Shown here one piece after another: positions 1 through 12,400 of a stretch of DNA of 64,000 bases (positions within the stretch are counted from its first letter, which is position 1; each line of letters starts with the position of its first letter). The translations under genes and the position numbers were made by a program. This DNA is from Scyliorhinus canicula (Eukaryota). The notes under the pieces were generated by a model that was not told where the DNA came from, did no database searches, and saw only the letters and a program-made list of their open reading frames with translations. The stretch is taken from contig NC_052171.1 of NCBI RefSeq assembly GCF_902713615.1, positions 8,583,209 to 8,647,208 of the forward strand, written 5' to 3'.

Positions 1-113
1 CTCTGCACATCTTTGGGTTGTGGGGGTGAGACCCACGCAGACGTGGGGAGAATGTGCTAAATTCACACAGACAGTGACCCAGAGCCGGGATCGAACCCGG
101 GTCCTCGGCGGCG
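1..113 (-). mobile_element. SINE fragment
   Basis: Matches the other SINE copies in the window. Confidence 0.8.
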
Positions 114-255
114 AGTTAACGATTCTTTAACCCCAAGGTAAAGAGGAAATACAGAAAACAATCCGAGAAGGTATTAGCTCTGAGGGATATTTTGCATATA
201 ACCATGAGACACAACACATCCCTAAGACCAGGTACAGTAGTGATCATTTCTACAC

Positions 256-288
<33 letters not shown>

Positions 289-325
289 GAGAAGACCAGC
301 AAATATTCATACAATTGGTTTAGAT

Positions 326-550
326 CAGTGTTTTCAAACTTTTTTGCCCGGGACCCATTTTTACCAGCCGCCCATCCTTCGGGACCCACGCCGGCCAACC
401 TTTGCGACCTACGCTGGACAACCTTTGTGACCTATGGCGACGACCTTTGCGACCCAAGCCAGCCATCCTTCGCGACCCACACCGGCCGACCTTTACGATC
501 TACGCCGACCGACCTTTGCGACCCACGCCGGCTGACCTTTGCAAGCCACC
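326..550. mobile_element. hAT/Buster-type terminus with ~24-bp subterminal repeats
   Basis: TIR CAGTGTTTTCAAACT preceded by GTTTAGAT; similar to 19170-19255. Confidence 0.65.
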
Positions 551-1351
551 AGGGGGTTAGAGATAGTTAAGTTTGTAAAAGTGATGAAAACTGACAAATA
601 GTTTGTAATTTGATTTTGCTTTTATGACTGTGGAACTTCCTGTATAGTTTGGAATAAAATACATTAAAAATTCATTGTTTGCTGAAGTTGGACTAATGGA
701 CTTTTGTTTATATCAAGTGGGTTCCCCGGGGAGTAGATAATTAGAGTCACAGCGCTCAACTTAGTAAGATGATGCAGTTAATGGAAGGAGCCAGGGGCTG
801 AAGTAGTTTCTGGAGTGTGAGTTTAGTTTGAATCTGTCTACGAACGGACTAACTTTGTCTCTCAAAACAGTTTGTTAAAAAGACTTTGCCTGCGAATAGA
901 ACAGCAGTATATAGAAAGGGTGGTAGGTTAACCAGTAGTTTGACCCAGACAAGAATCTGCAGCTGCTTCCTGAAGAGTCTCTCTCTTCTCAGAGTGGTTG
1001 ATCCAAGATTGCTCCTTACAGCAAGTATTCCTGGGTTGGCGAACTGTATTTAGAAGTGGTTTGTGACCAGAGACGGGTTTTGGTTGAGTGGAGATAAAAG
1101 ATAGCAGTTTGGAATTGTTTCACTGCCATTGTTAAGCATTGTTTAATGGGTAATTGTAAGCTATTTTTGTGTGTGATGTTACAGATATTTTAAATGTGTG
1201 TTGGTAATAAAGTTTGTTTGAATATTCCAAATCCCTAGTTTTGTGTGGAATTACTCCTGGAGCAAAGTATTCTTTCCCTCACGGTCTGACAAATTAAATA
1301 CAATATTGGGGTTTCTATCCGGTATCCTCGGATCTGGTCAGGGATTATAAT
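551..1351 (+). mobile_element. Possible solo LTR
   Basis: AATAAA at 1206 followed by a U5-like tail ending ...GGGATTATAA; no ORF. Resemblance to shark Gypsy LTRs is from recall only. Confidence 0.35.
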
Positions 1352-2034
1352 ATTCTGCAAGACAATAGATTGACCGAGGAGAAAAACGTGCTTGCTGGGG
1401 TGTGCACCCAGCGTGGGAGGGATGAAGGAAGAGATACGAAGGCCTCAGATTGTTTGAAGGCAGAAAGCAGTTTTAGGTTTGTGGATGAGAGCACAGTAGT
1501 GACTAGACTACTAAACCAGAGCATGATCACCGCTGGTCACCGAGAATTGCTTGGCGACTCTCAGAAACCAAGTTTCTACCCGCCAAAGGCAGCCATGAGT
1601 GTAGTGCTACATCTAAAATATCACGAAAAGAGGCAGGGTGGGGGGGGAAGCTTCAATATTGTATTTACCTTGGAACAATTTTCATTTTGTTAAGCAGTTT
1701 ATAACATGGCCAAATCTTCCAAAAGGCTTCACGGGAGTCTTAACAAAATGTGACTCTTGAGAGTTGAGATTGTTACTATTTTTACATTCGTGGATCGGAA
1801 ACAAAGTGACCATAAAGCAGTTGGACAGAGTAATAAAGAAACCGGTTCTCCAATTCCATTTAGAGCAGGAAATCCGACACCGTCCATGACTTATACAGGA
1901 CTCTGATCGCAAAGCATGGTTTGCTCTTAACTGAGGTGATCATCCAATTCTGTCAAAACGGTTCAAGAATTGGATTGAATTTACAGTGCAGCAACGGGCC
2001 CTTCTGCCCAGCTGGTCAATACTGGTGCTTACCG

Positions 2035-2347
2035 AATCTATGCAGAGCAGAAGGAGGCCATTCGGCCCATCGAGCCTGCTCCAACCCTCCGAAAGAGCAT
2101 CCCACTTGGGTCCAACCCCACGTCCTATTTTCGTAACCACCCAACTTTGGGGCAATTTAGCATGGCCAATCCGTCTAACCTGCACATCTTTGCACTGTGG
2201 GAGGAAACCAGAGGACCCGGAGGAAACCCACGCACACACGGGGAGAACAAGTAAACTGCACACAGACAGTCACGCAAAGGTCGGAATTGAACCCGGGTCC
2301 CTGGTGCTGTCAGGCAGCAGTGCTAACCTCTGTGCCACCGTGCCGCC
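2035..2347 (-). mobile_element. tRNA-derived SINE
   Basis: Family-diagnostic GGGCAATTTAGCATGGCCAATCC...CACAGACAGT. Confidence 0.88.
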
Positions 2348-2988
2348 CTTCAAGAGTGGCCTGCCACCCGCCTCTAACCTCACTGGAATAACCTTCCCCC
2401 CCCTTTCCCAGTCATGTGTTGATCTCGCTTTCCCATAAACACACCCATGCTATCCCTCATCAACTAATCCCTGCGGCAGCGAGATCCACCCTCTCAGAAT
2501 CTGCTGGGTTAAAGGCATTTCTCCTGAATTGCCTATTGGGTGCATTAGTGACCAGCTCACGGCCTCCAGCTTTGGCTCCAACTCAACAGCACCGGAACCC
2601 TGTCTCCTGTCGGGGATTTGATGAAAAGGCATCAGAATTACGACAGAGGAGGTTTTTAAAAAGTCAATCTAGTTCCCCGGCACTTATACATGGTACAACG
2701 ATAAAGGAGTTACAGGCTAATTACTGCTATCGATTAGTCTGAAACAATCTCAGATATGAGAGGAGGGAAATCTCATTGTCAAACTTTTGGAGCCACGTCA
2801 GCAGGTTCTATACCCACACAAAGTGCAAATCAAATACTGTACCCCACAGTATTCTTTTCTCAAAGTCTAATTTGCGGAACACTTGGTGAATATATTATCA
2901 CATTAACATTGATCAGGGTGTTGATCTCACCGAGCACACCCATGGTTTCCTGTCATACAAAGGTGGATGGCAGAAGATGGGTCCTTAC

Positions 2989-3236
2989 CTATCTGGTTTC
3001 TCATATGCTTGAAGCTTGGCGGTGTGCAAGTCAGATGAGGCCGGACAAGGCATTGGCTCAGCCGAGATGCCCTGAACCCTCCAGGTCCTGGGCGCGAACC
3101 GGGTCTTCGGGAGTACGCAACGGCACTTGTGGAGCTCAGTCCTCAGGTCCTGGATTTCTTGCTCTCTCTCGGCTAGCCGAAGCTCCAGTTCTCGAATCTG
3201 GGCCTCCTTCAGGCTTAACAGTGAGGCCCCGCTCAT
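2989..3236 (-). CDS. prkg1-like: cGMP-dependent protein kinase I alpha-type, first coding exon (leucine zipper + autoinhibitory region); PRKG1-like paralog
   Basis: Translates MSGASLLSLKEAQIRELELRLAEREQEIQDLRTELHKCRCVLP...RVQGISAEP, matching the PKG-Ialpha zipper (LHKCxxVLP) and pseudosubstrate (RAQGISAEP). Ends at a GTAAG donor in phase 2. Downstream exons lie outside the window. Confidence 0.88.
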
Positions 3237-4599
3237 TTTCCAACCTTCTCGGGGATTAAAAAGGAAGGGGATAAAAAAATGTTCAAGGCTTCAAATTCTA
3301 CTACAAGGCCGAGCTTGCGGAAACCTGTCCGTGTGAGAATGGAATGGTGGATCTGGAGAGAGAGAGAGAAGAGAAAGCCTTGCGTGCGGACACGACTGCG
3401 TCACCTGAATCCTAACCAGGTCTTAGTGCCCAAGAACTGCATTATCTCAGCCAGCAAGAACTCCCCCCCCCCCCCCCCCCCCCCTTCCCCCCGCCCCAAG
3501 TCATTAGTACCAAGCACGGTGCTCGTGTCACAGTGCATGAAGTACTATCAGTCCAGGCGTCAACGTCAGCATCTGCACTCATGACTACCTTTTCACTGCA
3601 GTCCTCCTGCAGTGTTGTACATCAGATGCTGAATTCGCACAGCACTCGAAGGCACTTGAAACCTCAGACACAAGAAAACAAATGGCAAGACTTGGCAGGC
3701 ACTGCCTGCTGCTAGGTTCCTGCAAGGGGAGAATTCACAGAAAGGACGTTCAGCACCAAATCACACGAGGAGGCATTTATTGGACAGGCGACTACATGCT
3801 TGGTTAAAGTTTGGGCACCAATGCTCCTCAAACCTACCTCGCCGGTCAAGCTCATTTTCCCCATTCGTGGTGCACCATCCAGAAGTGTCAACGGTAGATC
3901 GACGAAAGGTCGGGGGTAGATTTCAGAGGCGCACAAGGTTATGACACGTTTGGATAAGGCAAAGAGAAAACTGCGCCCATTCGCTGAAGGATGAGGAGGA
4001 GACACAGATTTACGGTTTTCGACAAGGTCATTGGGGGGGGGGGGGGGGGGGGGGGGATGTGAAGATTAATTTTTTGAACGCAGCAAGTGGCAATGACCAG
4101 GAACGCTCTGCCCACAAGAGTGGTAGAAGCAGAGATGGTCAATGGCTTCTAAAGGAAATTGGATGGCAGCGCTACATGGCTGCCCTCGACGGTGGAGAGT
4201 TACAGACTGTTATCAACCGTATCAAAGGTTGCAATCAGGTTAAGAACACAGATAGTTTAGCATAGTCGAACATTGGATAGCTTTTGTGACTTTGCTAAGG
4301 GCTGTCTTAAGGCTGCGGCTGGAACGGAAACCTGAATGGGCGAGGGGATGGAGTTGCGGGAAAGATGGGTAGGGATTTGGGAGGTGACTAGACACTTGAG
4401 GATTTGCGCAGGAAGGACTTGCATTTATGTAGAGCTTTCCACAACCACTGGTAATGTCAACATTGCTGTTCAGCCAATGAAATGCTACATGTGGCCATGT
4501 AGGAAAGGCAGCAGCTCATTTGCGCACAGAAAGATCCCACAAACGGCGCATGTGGTAATGACCGGTCAATCTGTTCTATATATTTTGGGATGTTGATTG

Positions 4600-4900
4600 A
4601 GGGATAAATATCGGCTGGGACACTAGTGGAAAGGGAGGCAGGGCAGAGGTTTGCAAAGACAGCGAGGTTGAGGTTTAGGAAGAGGCGGCCATGGTGATTG
4701 CGGATTTGATAAAGGCGGGGGCAGTACCTTCGGAGACACGGGAAGTTGGCTGGTCAGCAGTTTGGTGGGAATCGGGTCAAGGGAGCAGGGTGTAGGTCCC
4801 GCAGACCAAGAATTCAGGGCTAGGGCGTGGGGGAATCTTTGCGCAAATTGGACTTGGTGGATGAAGGGAAGGGACGCAGCAAAGACTAACATTGGGGAAT
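4600..4900 (-). mobile_element. Decayed L2 LINE fragment
   Basis: CSLDPIPTKLL motif. Confidence 0.65.
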
Positions 4901-5529
4901 CAGTTTGAACTATGTACGGTCAGGCTGTTACCCATTACAATCTCCAAAGGGGCACTCACTTTAAAAATCACATTATATTTAGCTCATTAATTGAGAGCGG
5001 GTCAATTAGGTATTGCACTTTTTGCCATATCATTGAGTGACAAGTTTTGATCATTCTGATACAAAGCACTGGACTAAAGCCAGAGAGGTCCTCTATTTAT
5101 GACCAGGGCACTTTTCTTCAAATCTCCACCATGCTCTGCAACCTGAATCCACTGTGCCTATTCGCCTGCACATTTTCTATTGCCTCCCCAGATCCAAGCC
5201 TATTATTTATTTCCTTCTTCCCCCTCTTGGCCGCACTCTGCACTCCACCTCCACCCCACCCCCCACCCCCGATTTATTTTCTTCCACTTTCTATTGCCCA
5301 GTTATACCCACTAGAATTTATCCCTTTTTGGAACTTGGTCCCTTACCCCGATGCCTACCCACATCCATCAGGCTTCCTTTCCATTCTCCTGCCCATGCTC
5401 ATGTTCTCCTTGAAGAACCCAGTTTGTGCCTCTGCAACACACCCCGAATGACGCGTCACCAAAGTAATTGGTGCCTCCCTGCCAAAAGAGTCTCACTACT
5501 GCTCCATCCTGCTCACTTGCCATCCTTTT

Positions 5530-5700
5530 TTAAAAAATTCCAATTAAGGGGCAATTTAGCGTGGCCAATTCACCTACCCTTCACATATTTCGCAGACACG
5601 GGGAGAATGTGCAAACTCCACACGGACTGTGGCCCAGAACCGGGATCAAACCCGGGTCCTTGGCACCGTGAGGCAGCAGTGCTAACCACTGCGCCACCCT
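5530..5700 (-). mobile_element. SINE (internally deleted)
   Basis: Family similarity. Confidence 0.8.
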
Positions 5701-5829
5701 CCCTGCTATTGGGAAATAACCTGGGTAACCCTCCCCCATTTTGCTCACTCTAGGTGCCTGCCTCCTGCACTCTGTCATTGGATCAATGCATCTCCCTCCA
5801 AACGGCGATGGTTGTGATTTGGGTCCTTG

Positions 5830-6250
5830 GCTTCGCTGACTTTATGATGGGCGGTTACACTGACATCCTTGCCGTGACTGAAACTAGGTTCATGGTTAGC
5901 AACACCTTGCTGAAGCCTAGTGTCATCCCTCTAACCCTCCGCAACTTTAACATCCACCTCAGCTCCCGCTGCCCTCTCTGCTCCAAATTCACTTCCAACT
6001 TACAACCTCTCCCTTCATGTGAACGTCCCCATCCACATACATGGGCAACACGCTCCAACTACCGTGGGCTCTCCGCTCCCAAAGTCATCTCCAACCACTT
6101 CACTTCGTCTGTCCGTCCAGAGGAAAGATTCCTCCCCAATCCTTGCCCGATCCACGGTTAAGCACTGGGGGAAATCATTGCCTTTAAACTCCCCCAGCAT
6201 TCTCCTCCCCACCACCAATTCAATTCCTCTTCACACTGCGCTGGCAGTAG
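5830..6250 (+). mobile_element. Decayed L2/CR1 endonuclease-region fragment
   Basis: DILAVTET and (G)NFNIHL motifs. Confidence 0.5.
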
Positions 6251-6464
6251 CAAAGAATGAAACATGAAAAAAAAAGAACCCCAAGAATAAGGAGGAAATG
6301 AACCACTCTATAATTCCTATCCTCCCTCCTCAGACCTGTCCTGGAGATCACACAGATCAAGTATTATCCATCGAATCTCTGCAGAGCAGGAGACCGTTGG
6401 GCCATAACCGTTGGACACTAGGGGTCAATGTAGCATCCGCAGACTCAATTCCCATTCAACATGG

Positions 6465-9400
6465 GCCTTCCTTCACATTGGCCCTGTAGCTTACCTTCAC
6501 ATTGACCCTCTAGCTTCCCTTCACACTGACCCTGTAGCTTCCCTTCACATTGACCCTCTAGCTTCCCTTCACATTGACCCTGTAGCTTCCCTTCACGTTG
6601 ACCCTCTAGCTTCCCTTCACATTGACCCTGTAGCTTCCCTTCACATTGACCCTCTAGCTTCCCTTCACACTGACCCTGTAGCTTCCCTTCACATTGACCC
6701 TGTAGCTTCCCTTCACGTTGACCCTCTAGCTTCCCTTCACATTGACCCTCTAGCTTCCCTTCACACTGACCCTGTAGCTTCCCTTCACATTGGCCCTGTA
6801 GCTTCCCTTCACATTGACCCCGTAGCTTCCCTTCACATTGACCCTGTAGCTTCCCTTCACATTGACCCTGTAGCTTCCCTTCACATTGACCCTGTAGCTT
6901 CCCTTCACATTGACCCTCTAGCTTCCCTTCACATTGACTCTGTAGCTTCCCTTCACGTTGACCCTGTAGCTTCCCTTCACGTTGACCCTCTAGCTTCCCT
7001 TCACATTGACCCTGTAGCTTCCCTTCACATTGACCCTCTAGCTTCCCTTCACATTGACCCTGTAGCTTCCCTTCACAATGACCCTGTAGCTTCCCTTCAC
7101 ACTGACCCTGTAGCTTCCCTTCACATTGACCCTGTAGCTTCCCTTCACACTGACCCTGTAGCTTCCCTTCACGTTGACCCTCTAGCTTCCCTTCACATTG
7201 ACCCTCTAGCTTCCCTTCACATTGACCCTCTAGCTTCCCTTCACATTGACCCTCTAGCTTCCCTTCACATTGACCCTGTAGCTTCCCTTCACATTGACCC
7301 TGTAGCTTCCCTTCACATTGACCCTCTAGCTTCCCTTCACATTGACTCTCTAGCTTCCCTTCACACTGACCCTCTAGCTTCCCTTCACATTGACCCTGTA
7401 GCTTCCCTTCACATTGACCCTCTAGCTTCCCTTCACACTGACCCTGTAGCTTCCCTTCACATTGACCCTGTAGCTTCCCTTCACATTGACCCTCTAGCTT
7501 CCCTTCACATTGACCCTCCAGCTTCCCTTCACATTGACCCTGTAGCTTCCCTTCACATTGAATCTGTAGCTTCCCTTCACATTGACCCTGTAGCTTCCCT
7601 TCACATTGACCCTCTAGCTTCCCTTCACATTGACCCTGTAGCTTCCCTTCACATTGACCCTGTAGCTTCCCTTCACATTGACCCTCTAGCTTCCCTTCAC
7701 ATTGTCCCTGTAGCTTCCCTTCACACTGACCCTGTAGCTTCCCTTCACATTGACCCTCTAGCTTCCCTTCACATTGACCCTGTAGCTTCCTTCACATTGA
7801 CCCTCTAGCTTCCCTTCACACTGACCCTGTAGCTTCCCTTCACATTGACCCTGTACCTTCCCTTCACATTGACCCTGTAGCTTCCCTTCACACTGACCCT
7901 GTAGCTTCCCTGCACATTGACCCTCTAGCTTCCCTTCACATTGACCCTGTAGCTTCCCTTCACATTGACCATCTAGCTTCCCTTCACATTGACCCTGTAG
8001 CTTCCTTTCACATTGACCCTCTAGCTTCCCTTCCCACTGACCCTCTAGCTTCCCTTCACATTGACCCTGTAGCTTCCCTTCACATTTACCCTCTAGCTTC
8101 CCTTCACATTGACCCTCCAGCTTCCCTTCACATTGACCCTGTAGCTTCCCTTCACATTGACCCTCTAGCTTCCCTTCACATTGACCCTCTAGCTTCCCTT
8201 CACATTGACCTTCTAGCTTCCCTTCACACTGACCCTCTAGCTTCCCTTCACACTGACCCTCTAGCTTCCCTTCACACTGACCCTCTAGCTTCCCTTCACA
8301 CTGACCCTCTAGCTTCCCTTCACACTGACCCTCTAGCTTCCCTTCACATTGACCCTGTAGCTTCCCTTCACATTGACCCTGTAGCTTCCCTTCACATTGA
8401 CCCTGTAGCTTCCCTTCACATTGAACCTGTAGCTTCCCTTCACATTGACCCTGTAGCTTCCCTTCACATTGACCCTCTAGCTTCCCTTCACATTGACCCT
8501 GTAGCTTCCCTTCACATTGACCCTGTAGCTTCCCTTCACATTCACCCTGTAGCTTCCCTTCACATTGACCCTCTAGCTTCCCTTCACACTGACCCTCTAG
8601 CTTCCCTTCACACTGACCCTCTAGCTTCCCTTCCCTTTGGCCCTGTAGCTTCCCTTCACATTGACCCTGTAGCTTCCCTTCACATTGACCCTGTAGCTTT
8701 GCTTCACACTGACCCTGTAGCTTCCCTTCACATTGACCCTCTAGCTTCCCTTCACATTGACCCTGTAGCTTCCCTTCACATTGACCCTCTAGCTTCCCTT
8801 CACACTGACCCTCTAACTTCCCTTCACATTGACCCTGTAGCTTCCCTTCACATTGACCCTGTAGCTTCCCTTCACATTGAACCTGTAGCTTCCCTTCACA
8901 CTGACCCTCTAGCTTCCCTTCACACTGACCCTCTAGCTTCCCTTCACATTGACCCTGTAGCTTCCCTTCACATTGACCCTGTAGCTTCCCTTCACTCTGA
9001 CCCTCTAGCTTCCCTTCACATTGACCCTGTAGCTTCCCTTCACATTGACCCTGTAGCTTCCCTTCACATTGACCCTGTAGCTTCCCTTCATATTGACCCT
9101 GTAGCTTTCCTTCACATTGAACCTGTAGCTTCCCTTCACATTGACCCTGTAGCTTCCCTTCACATTGACCCTCTAGCTTCCCTTCACACTGACCCTCTAG
9201 CTTCCCTTCACATTGACCCTGTAGCTTCCCTTCACATTCACCCTGTAGCTTCCCTTCACATTGACCCTGTAGCTTCCCTTCACATTGACCCTGTAGCTTC
9301 CCTTCACATTGACCCTGTAGCTTCCCTTCACATTGTCCCTCTAGCTTCCCTTCACATTGACCCTGTAGCTTCCCTTCACATTGACCCTGTAGCTTCCCTT

Positions 9401-12400
9401 CACATTGACCCTGTAGCTTCCCTTCACACTGACCCTCTAGCTTCCCTTCACATTGACCCTCTAGCTTCCCTTCACATTGACCTTCTAGCTTCCCTTCACA
9501 TTGACCCTGTAGCTTCCCTTCACATTGACCCTCTAGCTTCCCTTCACGTTGACCCTGTAGCTTCCCTTCACATTGACCCTGTAGCTTCCCTTCACATTGA
9601 CCCTCTAGCTTCCCTTCACACTGACCCTCTAGCTTCCCTTCACACTGACCCTCTAGCTTCCCTTCACATTGGCCCTGTAGCTTCCCTTCACATTGACCCT
9701 GTAGCTTCCCTTCACATTGACCCTGTAGCTTCCCTTCACACTGACCCTGTAGCTTCCCTTCACATTGACCCTGTAGCTTCCCTTCACATTGACCCTCTAG
9801 CTTCCCTTCACATTGACCCTCTAGCTTCCCTTCACATTGACCCTGTAGCTTCCCCTCACATTGACCCTCTAGCTTCCCTTCACATTCACCCTGTAGCTTC
9901 CCTTCACATTGACCCTCTAGCTTCCCTTCACATTGACCCTGTAGCTTCCCTTCACATTGACCCTGTAGCTTCCCTTCACATTGACCCTGTAGCTTCCCTT
10001 CACATTGACCCTGTAGCTTCCCTTCACATTGACCCTCTAGCTTCCCTTCACATTGACCCTGTAGCTTCCCTTCACATTGACCCTGTAGCTTCCCTTCACA
10101 TTGACCCTCTAGCTTCCCTTCACACTGACCCTGTAGCTTCCCTTCACATTGAACCTGTAGCTTCCCTTCACACTGACCCTCTAGCTTCCCTTCACATTGA
10201 CCCTCTAGCTTCCCTTCACATTGACCCTGTAGCTTCCCTTCACATTGACCCTGTAGCTTCCCTTCACTCTGACCCTCTAGCTTCCCTTCACATTGACCCT
10301 GTAGCTTCCCTTCACATTGACCCTGTAGCTTCCCTTCACATTGACCCTGTAGCTTCCCTTCATATTGACCCTGTAGCTTCCCTTCACATTGACCCTGTAG
10401 CTTCCCTTCACATTGACCCTCTAGCTTCCCTTCGCACTGACCCTCTAGCTTCCCTTCACATTGACTCTGTAGCTTCCCTTCACATTGACCCTGTAGCTTC
10501 CCTTCACATTGACCCTGTAGCTTCCCTTCACATTGACCCTGTAGCTTTCCTTCACATTGTCCCTCTAGCTTCCCTTCACATTGACCCTGTAGCTTCCCTT
10601 TACATTCACCCTGTAGCTTCCCTTCACATTGACCCTGTAGCTTCCCTTCACACTGACCCTCTAGCTTCCCTTCACATTGACCCTCTAGCTTCCCTTCACA
10701 TTGAGCCTCTAGCTTCCCTTCACATTGACCCTGTAGCGTCCCTTCACATTGACCCTCTAGCTTCCCTTCACATTGACCCTGTAGCTTCCCTTCACATTGA
10801 CCCTGTAGCTTCCCTTCACATTGACCCTCTAGCTTCCCTTCACACTGACCCTCTAGCTTACCTTCACACTGACCCTCTAGCTTCCCTTCACATTGGCCCT
10901 GTAGCTTCCCTTCACATTGACCCTGTAGCTTCCCTTCACATTGACCCTGTAGCTTCCCTTCACACTGACCCTGTAGCTTCCCTTCACATTGACCCTGTAG
11001 CTTCCCTTCACATTGACCCTCTAGCTTCCCTTCACATTGACCCTCTAGCTTCCCTTCACATTGACCCTCTAGCTTCCCTTCACATTGACCCTGTAGCTTC
11101 CCCTCACATTGACCCTCTAGCTTCCCTTCACATTCACCCTGTAGCTTCCCTTCACATTGACCCTCTAGCTTCCCTTCACATTGACCCTCTAGCTTCCCTT
11201 CACATTGACCCTGTAGCTTCCCTTCACACTGACCCTGTAGCTTCCCTTCACATTGACCCTGTAGCTTCCCTTCACATTGACCCTGTAGCTTCCCTTCACA
11301 TTGACCCTGTAGCTTCCCTTCACACTGACCCTGTAGCTTCCCTTCACACTGACCCTGTAGCTTCCCTTCACATTGACCCTGTAGCTTCCCTTCACATTGA
11401 CCCTGTAGCTTCCCTTCATATTGACCCTGTAGCTTCCCTTCACATTGAACCTGTAGCTTCCCTTCACATTGACCCTGTAGCTTCCCTTCACATTGACCCT
11501 CTAGCTTCCCTTCACACTGACCCTCTAGCTTCCCTTCACATTGACCCTGTAGCTTCCCTTCACATTCACCCTGTAGCTTCCCTTCACATTGACCCTGTAG
11601 CTTCCCTTCACACTGACCCTCTAGCTTCCCTTCACATTGACCCCCTAGCTTCCCTTCACATTGACCCTCTAGCTTCCCTTCACATTGACCCTGTAGCTTC
11701 CCTTCACATTGACCCTCTAGCTTCCCTTCACATTGACCCTGTAGCTTCCCTTCACATTGACCCTGTAGCTTCCCTTCACATTGACCCTCTAGCTTCCCTT
11801 CACACTGACCCTCTAGCTTCCCTTCACACTGACCCTCTAGCTTCCCTTCACATTGGCCCTGTAGCTTCCCTTCACATTGACCCTGTAGCTTCCCTTCACA
11901 TTGACCCTGTAGCTTCCCTTCACACTGACCCTGTAGCTTCCCTTCACATTGACCCTGTAGCTTCCCTTCACATTGACCCTGTAGCTTCCCTTCACATTGA
12001 CCCTGTAGCTTCCCTTCACATTGACCCTGTAGCTTCCCCTCACATTGACCCTCTAGCTTCCCTTCACATTGACCCTCTAGCTTCCCTTCACATTGACCCT
12101 GTAGCTTCCCTTCACATTGACCCTGTAGCTTCCCTTCACATTGACCCTGTAGCTTCCCTTCACATTGACCCTCTAGCTTCCCTTCACATTGACCCTGTAG
12201 CTTCCCTTCACATTGACCCTGTAGCTTTGCTTCACACTGACCCTGTAGCTTCCCTTCACATTGACCCTCTAGCTTCCCTTCACACTGACCCTGTAGCTTC
12301 CCTTCACATTGAATCTGTAGCTTCCCTTCACACTGACCCTCTAGCTTCCCTTCACATTGACCCTCTAGCTTCCCTTCACATTGACCCTGTAGCTTCCCTT

